A DNA stretch of 64,000 bases from Candidatus Poribacteria bacterium (GTDB taxonomy: Bacteria > Poribacteria > WGA-4E > PCPOR2b). A program made the position numbers and the translations under genes. The stretch lies in the NCBI GenBank assembly GCA_965208675.1, contig OZ242351.1, forward strand, positions 3,904,001-3,968,000. Reading direction: 5' to 3'. Shown one piece after another: positions 48,193-58,025 of the stretch (positions within the stretch are counted from its first letter, which is position 1; each line of letters starts with the position of its first letter). The notes beneath the pieces were generated by a model that was not told where the DNA came from, ran no database searches, and saw only the letters and a list, made by a program, of their open reading frames with translations.

Positions 48193-48251
48193 GGGCAGAC
48201 GCAAGACCTGACTCGGTTTAATCCCTGTAGGGGCAGCCCTTGTGGTTGCCG
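48193..48251. repeat. GTAG-type REP-like palindromes
   Basis: GTAGGGGCAGCCCTTGTGGTTGCC at 48227 and a degenerate GGGCAGACGCAAGACCTGAC at 48193. Confidence 0.5.
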
Positions 48252-48319
48252 TTGATGCTGAAGTGCGTAACTTCTAATCATATTGAATTAAGCCCATTCA
48301 AACGCGAGAGGAATGAAAG

Positions 48320-50161
48320 ATGACAATCTTAGTAAAAAAGGGCCGACTATCCGATTTCCCAGTTTCTCGGCATAGTGTTTTGACGTGGATGGGGGTTGGT
48401 GTGCTCACCGCCATACTCGCATTTAATGGAATAGGCGAGCAAGTTGTGTTGAATTCTGACTCCACTGAGAAAGAGGAACTGATTGCGCAAGAGGAGATTA
48501 GACACACTGACGAAGCGCATGAAAAGGGGGTCATAGCAGCCGATACGCTCGACTTAGCCGATCACGCTAAACTCGCTCTGAACTATCTAAAAGGCAACAT
48601 GGACCTCAGGGGGCTTGGGCGGTACAAGGGTGCACCCGGGGCGATTTTCCCCGTTGTCAAGGGACAGCCTTACCACAACGTGATTCTTAATGCCGACCAC
48701 CCTCTCATGGAGCACGTGGTCGGGGACGATGTGGCTTCAATCGGCATGGGCGCCATCATACAAGCTCGCAGTATGCTCGGTATTGAGGAGTATCTTGAAG
48801 AGGAGAACATCTTAAAGGAGTTGATGATGGGGTTTATCCAACCGAACGGAGCCATAGTGGCTCATGGAACACATCCGGCTTATGCCTTGGATAGCTTCAT
48901 CACCTGGTATGCAGTTTCAGAAGATGAAACTGTCAAGGATATGATTGAAAAGGATATTGAAGCCCTTCAGGGTTCGAACGACCACTATCTAATAGACCCG
49001 CTCGCCAGGTGGTACGAGATAACAGAAAGCGATTCTGCGCGAGTCCTTGCCGACCGTTTGACAAGCCGGTTTGTAAACGAATCGTCGCGGGTTCGGAGCG
49101 ATGGAAGTTTCATCCCCACCCCTCAAGGAGAAATCCCTCCGGGTTTTGAACCCGGATGGGATCCAAATGGTCATGTGGAATCGAAGATAAGGCCTGCGGC
49201 AGGCGTTCTTAGGTTTGCCATAGCGACGGGAAATCTAGAACTGATTGAATGGTGCAAAAAGTTATTTGACTATGTCGAAAGCTTCAGCGGCGGCATCGGT
49301 TGGTACCCTGAAAGCCTCTTCTTTAGGGGATATTCGGGAGTCTCGGGTTGTGAGACCTGTTGCATCAGAAGTATGCTGTTGATGGGAATACTTCTGGCAA
49401 AGGCCGGCTACCCAGCATATTGGAATAACGTGGAACGCGCTGCAAGAAATCACCTTGTTGAAAGCCAGTTGCGAGACACGAGTTGGGTAAAGCGCCGAGG
49501 ACCCAGCCCGGCTGAGACGCCGAGAATGACATATCGGGACGTTCCAGAACGCGTATTTGGCGGTTTTGCTGGATGGAGCGACCCAAACGACTGGGTCGGG
49601 AAGCGCATGAGCCGCAAAGGCAGCGCACACATTATGCACTGCTGTATTTCAGGGGCTGAAGCCCTTTACATCGTTTGGCACAATATCGTGACGCAAGACG
49701 AGAGCGGTGTGAGTGTGAACCTTCTTTTGAATCGGGATTCAAAGTGGGTTCGAGTCAACAGCCACATGCCGTACGAAGGGAAAGTGGAACTCTTTGTCCA
49801 CGATGCACCGGCTCTCTCGGTCCGCGTACCTGATTGGGTGAGCCAAAACGATGTGCACGTTGTTGTCGATGACCGGGAAGTTGACGTGTCAGCCGAAGAC
49901 TGGCAGGGCGGCTATGTGCAGGTTAGCGGTTTAAATCCCGGCCAGAGGGTAACCATTACCTTTCCGCAACGAGAGATTGTCGAAGAAAAGTTCTTCGCGG
50001 GGCGCACCTACACGCTTACCTGGCGGGGTGATACAGTTGTGAACATCTCTCCCAACGGCGCCATCTCTCCCACCTACCAGCGCGGGGACATGCAGCACGA
50101 GAGAAGTGCGCCCTTGAAGCGCGCTGTCTACCACGTACCCGACAAAGAGGTTCCCTGGTAA
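48320..50161 (+). CDS. Glycoside hydrolase family 127-like (beta-L-arabinofuranosidase-like) exported protein
   Basis: CETCC and MHCC Zn/Cys motifs, ERAARNHL, VNLLLNR...PYEGKV...VRVPDW, and an N-terminal TM. Confidence 0.72.
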   Translation: MTILVKKGRLSDFPVSRHSVLTWMGVGVLTAILAFNGIGEQVVLNSDSTEKEELIAQEEIRHTDEAHEKGVIAADTLDLADHAKLALNYLKGNMDLRGLGRYKGAPGAIFPVVKGQPYHNVILNADHPLMEHVVGDDVASIGMGAIIQARSMLGIEEYLEEENILKELMMGFIQPNGAIVAHGTHPAYALDSFITWYAVSEDETVKDMIEKDIEALQGSNDHYLIDPLARWYEITESDSARVLADRLTSRFVNESSRVRSDGSFIPTPQGEIPPGFEPGWDPNGHVESKIRPAAGVLRFAIATGNLELIEWCKKLFDYVESFSGGIGWYPESLFFRGYSGVSGCETCCIRSMLLMGILLAKAGYPAYWNNVERAARNHLVESQLRDTSWVKRRGPSPAETPRMTYRDVPERVFGGFAGWSDPNDWVGKRMSRKGSAHIMHCCISGAEALYIVWHNIVTQDESGVSVNLLLNRDSKWVRVNSHMPYEGKVELFVHDAPALSVRVPDWVSQNDVHVVVDDREVDVSAEDWQGGYVQVSGLNPGQRVTITFPQREIVEEKFFAGRTYTLTWRGDTVVNISPNGAISPTYQRGDMQHERSAPLKRAVYHVPDKEVPW

Positions 50162-50308
50162 AGGCTATCGAATGACCCAGCCAATGACAATGGATTAACC
50201 GGGCGATTAGAGAGGGCGATAGAACTTCCAACGCGATAGATTCCTTTAATCTATCATAGTTGCTATCCGTAGCTTCAATCGTTCATCACCGTTGAAGCTA
50301 ACCTATAA

Positions 50309-50341
50309 CCTCCCCTAACCCCTCCTTAGTAAGGAGGGGAA
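50309..50341. repeat. Short palindromic intergenic repeat or bidirectional terminator
   Basis: CCCCTCCTTA-G-TAAGGAGGGG between convergent genes. Confidence 0.5.
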
Positions 50342-50416
50342 TGAAACTTTTCCTCATTCGTTCGATCAATCCGAATTTTGCGCGCCGAATCGAGTCATGA
50401 TACGCGAAGGCTTCAA

Positions 50417-51211
50417 TTACACCTCGTTCAGTGCGCGAAGCTCCTCATCACTATTGAACTGAAGCGGACGCAGATGCAGCCCGCCGTCAACAACCAACTG
50501 ACTTCCGGTGGTGTAGGCGCTCAATCTGTCGGAGAGCAACAACACCGCTGCAGGTCCCAACTCCTCCGGTTTTCCGAACCGGCGCAGCGGGATTTCACGT
50601 TTCAGAACCCGCTCTTGTGTCTCGGTAATTCCTGCCGTGAGACGTGTGGGATAGTGGCCGGGCACCAGAAGATTGACGCGAATGCCGAAGGGAGCCATTT
50701 CGGTGGCGAGGCTCTCCATCAACACTCGAATTCCAGTCTTCGAGATATGGTAGGATGTTTCTGTGAACGATCGATTAAATTGAGCCGTCGATCCAACGAT
50801 TAAAATGCACCCTTGTCGGCGGGCAATCATATGTTTCCCGACTTCCCGCGTTGCCCAAATGCAGGCTGAAAGGTTAGTATTTATCGTCTGCATCCACGAT
50901 TCCGTGGTAATTCTGGTAAACGGTTGATGCCATGCCCAAGCGGCGTTGTTGACGTAGAGATCTAGATGTCCGAAGGTGTCAATGACCTGCGCCACTGTAT
51001 CAACTACCTGATCTTCTTGGCTCACGTCTGCACGGATGGAAATTCCCCGAACACCGCACGCTTCAATTTCTTTTTGCGTTTTCAATGGCGGGTTTCGGCT
51101 GGCAATCGCTACATCGACGCCCTCCTGAGCCAGTGCCAGCGCGAGTGCGCGTCCGATTCCCGTACCGCCGCCCGTAACAAGGGCGGTCTTCCCTTTGAGT
51201 CCGCTGTCCAC
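50417..51211 (-). CDS. SDR family oxidoreductase
   Basis: TGGGTGIG, NNAA and YHISK motifs. GTG at 51211 follows AAGGAGG. Confidence 0.92.
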   Translation of the reverse strand: MDSGLKGKTALVTGGGTGIGRALALALAQEGVDVAIASRNPPLKTQKEIEACGVRGISIRADVSQEDQVVDTVAQVIDTFGHLDLYVNNAAWAWHQPFTRITTESWMQTINTNLSACIWATREVGKHMIARRQGCILIVGSTAQFNRSFTETSYHISKTGIRVLMESLATEMAPFGIRVNLLVPGHYPTRLTAGITETQERVLKREIPLRRFGKPEELGPAAVLLLSDRLSAYTTGSQLVVDGGLHLRPLQFNSDEELRALNEV

Positions 51212-51369
51212 ACTTTCCTCCTTCATTTTTTGGGGTGCATAATCTTCACTGTTACCGTCTCGGCGTTGAAATCCAGGGCTTTCCCGCGCCGGGATCGAAC
51301 TGCTTGTAGGATGAGTTGAGCCAACGGTGAAACTCAACCCTCAACATGAAGATTAGGGTATCGCGGTCG

Positions 51370-52164
51370 CTATTCACTCCCTTGATTGGTCATGATTTCG
51401 AGGTAATCGCTTTCCCATGTAAACTCGTTGACTTCAAAAAATGTCTCCGGCATCACGAAATCACTGAGCTTATGTATCGCCCGTTTGATGTGTTTTTGCC
51501 CGCCCCTGAGTACAAATACACCGTGCCCCGGCAAAAGCACATCTACTTCTAGATTGGCTAGTTTGTGGATATCGCGTCGATAGTCAGCCATGCTAAATCC
51601 ATCCAGATTCAGTAAACCCAGCTTTCCGGCGTAAAAAACTGTATCGCCCGTGCATAGTGCGCGCTTCCCATTATCGCTGAATGAAAAACAGGTGGCGTCC
51701 TTCGTATGGCCCTGCACCAGTATAACTTCAACCTCAATGTCCCCGATCTGTATCCGTTCTCCATCGGCAAATGTGGAAACATTTGGGCAGGCGCGGGGCT
51801 TAAACTCGGACGGATAGCGGCCGTATTTAAAATTGAGTTCAATCGCAGGGTCGCCGTCAACACTTTCCATTAAACTCGCACCCAGCGTATGCACCCATAC
51901 TTGAGCGCCTGTGTGTTGGCGAAGTGCATCGGCGCCGCCCCAATGCCCTAAATGCGAGTGGGTGATTAGTATGTGCGTTAATAGCTCCGGGTCGAAACCG
52001 TCGGAGATAATATTTGCCATGATATCATCCACGCCCATGCCCAACCCCGTATCCACCAATCCTAACGCCGTTCCGCCGTCAATTAGAAAACAGTTGCAGT
52101 CAAGGGGATAACTTAGCGCAAATTGGTCACTCCCTACCATGTAAACATGGTCACTAATACGCAT
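51370..52164 (-). CDS. MBL-fold metallo-hydrolase
   Basis: THSHLGH (variant of HxHxDH), GHT, GD and PGHG motifs; GGAGG RBS. Confidence 0.88.
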   Translation of the reverse strand: MRISDHVYMVGSDQFALSYPLDCNCFLIDGGTALGLVDTGLGMGVDDIMANIISDGFDPELLTHILITHSHLGHWGGADALRQHTGAQVWVHTLGASLMESVDGDPAIELNFKYGRYPSEFKPRACPNVSTFADGERIQIGDIEVEVILVQGHTKDATCFSFSDNGKRALCTGDTVFYAGKLGLLNLDGFSMADYRRDIHKLANLEVDVLLPGHGVFVLRGGQKHIKRAIHKLSDFVMPETFFEVNEFTWESDYLEIMTNQGSE

Positions 52165-52421
52165 GATACTTACCTCCGTTACTCCTTTGATGTATATTCT
52201 TCGCTAGCCTTAACGTCTTTTAAAAGTTAGTTCTAATCTCTTTGAATACTCCCAATATTGTTTTGTAGACGAGTTATTGATTTACGGCCGAATCGATATG
52301 CCGACATTTTCCTATTGCCGGTAGGTGTTCCTACAACGTTGGGGACGGTCTGTTTGTATTTCTCGTTTTGCGGCGATGAGTAGCACACGCATTTCACAAT
52401 AAGATTGTTCCTGTATTAGCA

Positions 52422-52844
52422 TCAAACTTCAGGTACAAGATTCTTCTTGATTTCGATAAACTCCACGATCCAGCCGCTGGGCGAAATCATGAAAGCTACC
52501 CTTCGCTCGCCGAAGCCCGCGGAAACCTCAGCTATATCCCGCATCATTACGGCACCGGCGCCTAGCGCTTTGTCAACATCCTCATCTAAGCTGCTCGACA
52601 TATAGACCAAATGTGTCATACCGTACGGCAACGTTTTCCCAAGCCAATCCTCGTAGACCATCTTCTCCGCCAAGTGCAGATATTTGTCGCCCATCTTGAC
52701 TAACGGCACACGGAAAAATTCGCCATCTATTTCGAGTGTCTCGTCCAGCACAATTTCGGTTCCGATTTGGCGGTGAAATTCCAATTCTCGCTCAAGATCT
52801 GGAACCTTGATACCGATAGTCCACAGACCGGTTAACATAATCAA
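52422..52844 (-). CDS. VOC/glyoxalase family protein
   Basis: IGIKVPDLE...HLVY...RVAFMISPSGWIVEFIE. Confidence 0.82.
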   Translation of the reverse strand: MIMLTGLWTIGIKVPDLERELEFHRQIGTEIVLDETLEIDGEFFRVPLVKMGDKYLHLAEKMVYEDWLGKTLPYGMTHLVYMSSSLDEDVDKALGAGAVMMRDIAEVSAGFGERRVAFMISPSGWIVEFIEIKKNLVPEV

Positions 52845-53012
52845 CCCCCTCTCACGATTGTGTGAATCATCTCTGATTGCCTCAACGATTCCGCAACGCG
52901 TTTAGATTCGTTTCCTTCAGGAACAGTACGAACCTTAACGCGGATGAACTAAGTTGCCAATGAGCGTACTTTGATTTTCCTTCTCAAAACAAATTTCCTT
53001 GTGCCAGTTTTT

Positions 53013-53966
53013 TCATTTCCCTTCCGGCTTCATACCCGACGGCAGTTCTGCCTGCCCGTACGACTCTCGAATCCTGCGCACTTCGGACACGTTCATCCAC
53101 GATTCTAGTAAATTATAGAGGTTGCCGTGTTGTTCGGCCACACTACTAATCCGTCCGGTCCGCTTTTCAAGTTCCATGGCTTTGACCATCGCGTTAACGG
53201 CAACCCCTAGCATGGTCGTCGGTTCAATTTGGAGTTGATAGCCCAACTCGTAAAGTTCATCCACGCTCAATTGCATCATGTCAGACGTATATTGGACGCG
53301 GTCCGCGTCGATTTCGGTACCTAAGGTACGGATGGTCATCATTGGGCCATCCACTTGGCTGCGGAAAAAGCGGGCATGTTCAACCGACCAACAGATTGCC
53401 ATGAGGGCATCCGATCCGGCCTCTTGGTAGGCATAGGCACGCCGTAACCAATCCTCGCGCCGCGATTCCTCGTCAGGGTGAACTCTTGCGACATAAGTAC
53501 CCGGTCGTCCGATTACCATGAATTCAGGGTTGAGTTTTTCACCCGCCATTGCCCGAATCTTGTCTGCGGTCTGATCCATCGGCTCAATCGCCATGACGTG
53601 TGGTGGAATAAACGGGCATTTATACGGCAAACCGTAATCGTCGATGTGTACGCCCGCAACGCCGGCGCGCTCAAACTCGTGCATCCAATACACTGAAGCA
53701 TATGGTTCACCGAATCCCTGCTCGAAGTCCACGACGATTGGTAAATTAACCGAACGGCGAATTTTGCGGCACACCTCGACAGTCTCATCGGGCGTAATTA
53801 CGCCGATGTCCGGTTGGCCATTCACAAAAGCGATTTGCAGCGACTGTACCCCCACAGCGTCGAAGCCTACCCGTTCAGCAATCTTAGCGGATACCACGTC
53901 GTGTACCCCCATAATCCAGATTGGACGGTCTTTTTTTAGCAACGGTGTTAAATATGGTGTATCCAC
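53013..53966 (-). CDS. Isocitrate lyase/PEP mutase superfamily enzyme
   Basis: HDVVSAKIAERVGFDA, PDIG, VDFEQGFG, GVAGVHIDD and AYQEAGSD motifs. GTG at 53966 follows AAGGAG. Confidence 0.88.
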   Translation of the reverse strand: MDTPYLTPLLKKDRPIWIMGVHDVVSAKIAERVGFDAVGVQSLQIAFVNGQPDIGVITPDETVEVCRKIRRSVNLPIVVDFEQGFGEPYASVYWMHEFERAGVAGVHIDDYGLPYKCPFIPPHVMAIEPMDQTADKIRAMAGEKLNPEFMVIGRPGTYVARVHPDEESRREDWLRRAYAYQEAGSDALMAICWSVEHARFFRSQVDGPMMTIRTLGTEIDADRVQYTSDMMQLSVDELYELGYQLQIEPTTMLGVAVNAMVKAMELEKRTGRISSVAEQHGNLYNLLESWMNVSEVRRIRESYGQAELPSGMKPEGK

Positions 53967-54107
53967 GGTAAATTCTCCTTCTGTTGGCAACTAACGTAAT
54001 GCGAATACCGCCCAACGCTAGATGATTCTGATTAATATCTGTCCGCTTTTTGGAAATGAACTTCGCGTTCCACGTACATAGGCTCAGTCAATTATCTATT
54101 CTCCAAA

Positions 54108-55280
54108 CTACGGTTTAATCTGCAATTTCTGTCCGGTTCGATGGGATTCGTACGCCGATTCGACAACAGCCAAGGTAGCGCGACCGTCGCGTCCTCCGAC
54201 TAACGGCTGGGTATCGTTCAAAATAGATTGAACAAAGTTATCTATTTGGCGTCGGAACATGTACTGTTCGTTGGTACTAGGAGACAATGGCCCGCCTGGG
54301 GCGCGAGTTGGCTCGGGCATCTCCACCTGATACCAGCCGCGGTCGCTTTGATGCTTGTTCTCCAGCGACCATATCATTATACGGCCATGTTCTGGTGAAT
54401 CCCACGGCGGCAAATCGAATGCGAGATGTCCCCGTGTGCCATGAATGTAGCCAAATTCCGACCATTCACCTAAACCAGAGCCAATGTGCAAGATTGGAGA
54501 TAAGCTGCGCCCTACCGTGCCGGTGTCAAAGACGCCCACGGTGCCGTTTTTGAACCGCATTAGAACAACGCCGAAATCCTCCCAGACGCCAATCTCCGGA
54601 TTGCCCAAGTAATCGCGTGTAACATTTTGGATTTCGGCGGATACCGTCTCGACTTCAGATTCAGTCCACCATCGCCACAAATCAACATAATGCGGCAAAT
54701 GGTCCAGAATGATTCCGCCGCCCACCCCTTCATCCTTCCACCGCCAGTCATAGTTTTCACGATAGCCTTCCGGGATGAGCTCGTCCGGCGCAAGCTTGAC
54801 CGCTGCACCCCAGTGCACAACGAGGTAAAACACTTCGCCTAGCGTGCCGTTATCAATGATTTGCTTAATCCGTTCGAGCGCAAAGTTGAAGCGTTTTTCA
54901 TGCCCGAGCATCAGGCAAATTTCATTGTGCTCAGCCGCCGCAATGATATTATCGCATTCCTGCACATTGCGCGCCATCGGCTTCTCTAGCAAGACATGTT
55001 TTTTGTGTTCGGCGGCAGCCACCGCCATTTCGTGGTGGTAGGCAGGCGGCGTACATATCGACACGGCGTCAATGTCATCTCGCTTCAGAACATCTTGGTA
55101 GCTCGTCGAAACAACGCGGACGTTATATCGCTGTCGCGCCTGAATGGCACGCTCAATGTCTGTATCGCAAACGACGACTAGCTCGGCGTTTGGGTGTTCC
55201 CAAATCCAAGTTAGGTGTCCCATCCAAGCGGCTACACCGCAGCCGATGACGCCAAACCTTACCTTGTCTTTCATCTTCAT
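54108..55280 (-). CDS. Gfo/Idh/MocA family oxidoreductase
   Basis: GVIGCG, HVLLEKPMA and GGGIILDHLPHYVD motifs. Confidence 0.93.
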   Translation of the reverse strand: MKMKDKVRFGVIGCGVAAWMGHLTWIWEHPNAELVVVCDTDIERAIQARQRYNVRVVSTSYQDVLKRDDIDAVSICTPPAYHHEMAVAAAEHKKHVLLEKPMARNVQECDNIIAAAEHNEICLMLGHEKRFNFALERIKQIIDNGTLGEVFYLVVHWGAAVKLAPDELIPEGYRENYDWRWKDEGVGGGIILDHLPHYVDLWRWWTESEVETVSAEIQNVTRDYLGNPEIGVWEDFGVVLMRFKNGTVGVFDTGTVGRSLSPILHIGSGLGEWSEFGYIHGTRGHLAFDLPPWDSPEHGRIMIWSLENKHQSDRGWYQVEMPEPTRAPGGPLSPSTNEQYMFRRQIDNFVQSILNDTQPLVGGRDGRATLAVVESAYESHRTGQKLQIKP

Positions 55281-55524
55281 GAATTTAAGTAGCTACAAGT
55301 TTGTTTCCGAGTCCATCGTTCTAAACGAAAACTCGATGTATTAGTACACTCGTACCGGCATCAACCATGCGATGCTCGAAATTAAAACACGGTAGTAGAC
55401 AATCATAGTTGCCCCTTTAGTCTCGCTTAGTTGAAATGCGGCGCAGCAAAATTTCTATAGCTGGAATGTCAAATAGATGTGGAATTCAATTAAGAGCGTC
55501 AAAGTCAAAATTATATCAGAAAGG

Positions 55525-55552
55525 TTGACAAAACGCTGAAAACAATTATAAT
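55525..55552 (+). promoter_or_regulatory. Consensus sigma70 promoter
   Basis: TTGACA-N16-TATAAT. Confidence 0.65.
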
Positions 55553-55796
55553 TATTCGGCATATTATAATGTAGGTAGGAAATATTCTCAAGCGTAAAAT
55601 GGCTTCCGTCCTTTACTAAATCGAGCTATTTCGCCGCTTGGAATCGGAGCCGCCCGCAACACAAAAGACTAAGGGCAAAACACGCTAGGCAATGCTTTTA
55701 GCCGAACTCGGAGAAAACAAATATGTTCATTTTCCCTTTAGTAGCATGTGGTCAAACGACCGTGTATCGAATGTGTCAGTGTTCTGGGAATCACCC

Positions 55797-56720
55797 ATGA
55801 TTGTCCATATGTCCGCCGGCCGATGGCGTCTTGGGCTGGCGCTGTCATTTGTCACGGCATTTTTCTGGGGTTTGGCGCCCATCGCACTAAAGCGGCTGCT
55901 GGACAGCATGGATGTATACACTATTACCTGGTATCGTTTCCTTTTCGCCGGCGTAGTATTATTGATTCCGGTTGTTCGCAGATATGAACTCTTTTCTGCG
56001 TTGAAACTTCAAGGAACACGTAGATTACTGCTGTTCGTTACGATTCTGAGTTTATGCTCCAACCACATTCTGTATCTCCTCGGTCTGGGTTACGTCTCTC
56101 CTAGTACGGTACAGATTGTTTTCCAATTGGCGCCTATATTCATGCTGTTAGGCAGTCTAGTTTTCTTTAATGAGCGTCTTGTCCGCTTGCAATGGATCGG
56201 ATTTGCAGTATTGGTCGTTGGTTTACTGCTGTTCTTCAACCGTCGGCTTAATGAACTGATGTTTGGATTCACCGATCTTACGGGCGGCGTCATTTTAATC
56301 CTCGCTGCCGTGTTAACGTGGACGATGTACGCACTTGCGCAAAAACAGCTGTTGAAATCTCTCCCGTCGGCAACAATTACACTTCTCATTTATCTCGCCG
56401 CCGCCATCGTTTTTCTACCATTTGCCCACCCTGCTCAACTGTTCAACCTGAATCGCACAGCGGCGTTGCTGCTTGCATTTTGTGCGTTAAGTACATTAAT
56501 TTCGTGGTGCAGCTTTGCCGAAGCACTTAACCACCTTGAAGCGTCGAGAGTTAGCATGATTTTGGCCTTGATTCCGCTAATTACTGTTGCCGCAATGGCG
56601 TTCGGCGGGAGCCTGCTTCCAGATGTCATACAGCATGAACCACTCAATTTCTTGAGTATCGTAGGCACCATCTTGGTAGTGCTCGGCTCTATGGTCGTTG
56701 CCTTACGGCAATCAGCCTAA
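55797..56720 (+). CDS. DMT/EamA family transporter
   Basis: About 10 TM helices, FFWGLAPIALK, TITWYRF and YALAQKQLL. Start is probably 55797 or 55809. Confidence 0.9.
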   Translation: MIVHMSAGRWRLGLALSFVTAFFWGLAPIALKRLLDSMDVYTITWYRFLFAGVVLLIPVVRRYELFSALKLQGTRRLLLFVTILSLCSNHILYLLGLGYVSPSTVQIVFQLAPIFMLLGSLVFFNERLVRLQWIGFAVLVVGLLLFFNRRLNELMFGFTDLTGGVILILAAVLTWTMYALAQKQLLKSLPSATITLLIYLAAAIVFLPFAHPAQLFNLNRTAALLLAFCALSTLISWCSFAEALNHLEASRVSMILALIPLITVAAMAFGGSLLPDVIQHEPLNFLSIVGTILVVLGSMVVALRQSA

Positions 56721-57077
56721 TTTTCCCCTGAATTTGATAATTAAATCTCGATCATGGATGTTCGAATTTTGATTTACACGACGTACCAATGAGGTGCACG
56801 CGCTAGATACTAGTTTGAGGTGTTAGGTCTCAGGTAAGACGGGAATTCGACCAAAAAGGTGATATTGCTGTGTTTGTCCGTTTAGTCACCCACCGGAATT
56901 CAACGCCGCAATTTAACTTGGGATGTTGAAATTTTCGGAACTTCCGCAATGGATAATGCGTTCATGGAATACCAAATGTTGACGATAACGCTTTGTGTCG
57001 AACCCGTGCAGATCTAATTTAAGCCAACGCTTGACTCACTAATCATCGTTACTGTTCAAGATCGATGTCGACGGAGG

Positions 57078-57851
57078 GTGTCCACGTTGATGAAGATTGC
57101 TAAAATTGACGGTCTCGTTTCAGTCTTTCGGATCGGTCTGAGTTGTGTGATATTGCTCATATTGCTGAAATTTGTTGGATTGAGCCCAAGAACCGCTGAT
57201 ATTGCCAAGACAACGCCAATAAATGGACCTGAACGCGATGATATTCTGAGATTTATCCTGAAACATGAAGCCGGGCTGAATATCCATGAACCCGCACATG
57301 TTGGAGGGGTTTCTTACGCGGGCATTACGGCTGTCGCGTGGACGGAATGGCGGAATAAACAAGGCGATAAAGCGAACCTGCCCGCTAATGTAATCCGCTT
57401 AGGGGGCGCAAACACGAGTCAAGATGCGTTGACTTCGCCCGATGCAAATATTGTGGTGATAAAGAGATTCTACCACGATTATTTTGAACGATATCGTTGC
57501 TGGGATGTTCATCCATGCTTGCAAGCTGGATATGCTGACTTTGCTACGCTTGCAGGCAAAAATGCGACACGGGTTATTCAGAAATTGGCGAATGTGGAAC
57601 CGGATGGAATCTGGAAAACACATACCACCTTGGCAGTCAGGAAATTCAACGATAACATTGACCTGGTATTGAAAGAGGAACCGGAATATGCGTGGAAGGT
57701 TTTTCTAAAGTTTGATGACAGTAAGCGCAAATTCCTAAAAACTCTTGCAAAACGGGATTCATTTTATGCGAGCGCCCTCCCCGGTTGGCTCGCAAGATCC
57801 AATAACCTCAAAGCGCTGATGAAACCGTACCTATTGAACAATGAAGATTGA
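57078..57851 (+). CDS. Glycosyl hydrolase 108-like putative peptidoglycan hydrolase with an N-terminal TM/signal
   Basis: ILKHEAG...GGVSYAGIT (variant of the EGG...GGxTxxGIT motif), QKLANVEPDGIW and GWLAR. Confidence 0.65.
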   Translation: MSTLMKIAKIDGLVSVFRIGLSCVILLILLKFVGLSPRTADIAKTTPINGPERDDILRFILKHEAGLNIHEPAHVGGVSYAGITAVAWTEWRNKQGDKANLPANVIRLGGANTSQDALTSPDANIVVIKRFYHDYFERYRCWDVHPCLQAGYADFATLAGKNATRVIQKLANVEPDGIWKTHTTLAVRKFNDNIDLVLKEEPEYAWKVFLKFDDSKRKFLKTLAKRDSFYASALPGWLARSNNLKALMKPYLLNNED

Positions 57852-58025
57852 AGGACGCGCGGATAGAAAAAACGATTCTCATCTGTCTGCACCAAAAATT
57901 TCGCGAAAATTGTAGATATTTGAGTATATGGTTTTGCGTTGTAGTCAAGTAAACCACAATCGAATTGCCACGATTGTGAATCGGATAAAACCATTGGTAA
58001 TTGTAAATTTCGCATAAGTGGAATA

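Noticed and set aside
52310-52395. Short minus-strand frame MRVLLIAAKRE... resembling the start of a B12-radical SAM protein
   Set aside because: Only about 26 codons, and the similarity is too weak to support a call.
55640-55720. Possible c-di-GMP riboswitch (CTAAGGGCAAAA)
   Set aside because: The GEMM P1/P2 stems and GNRA/receptor arrangement could not be built.
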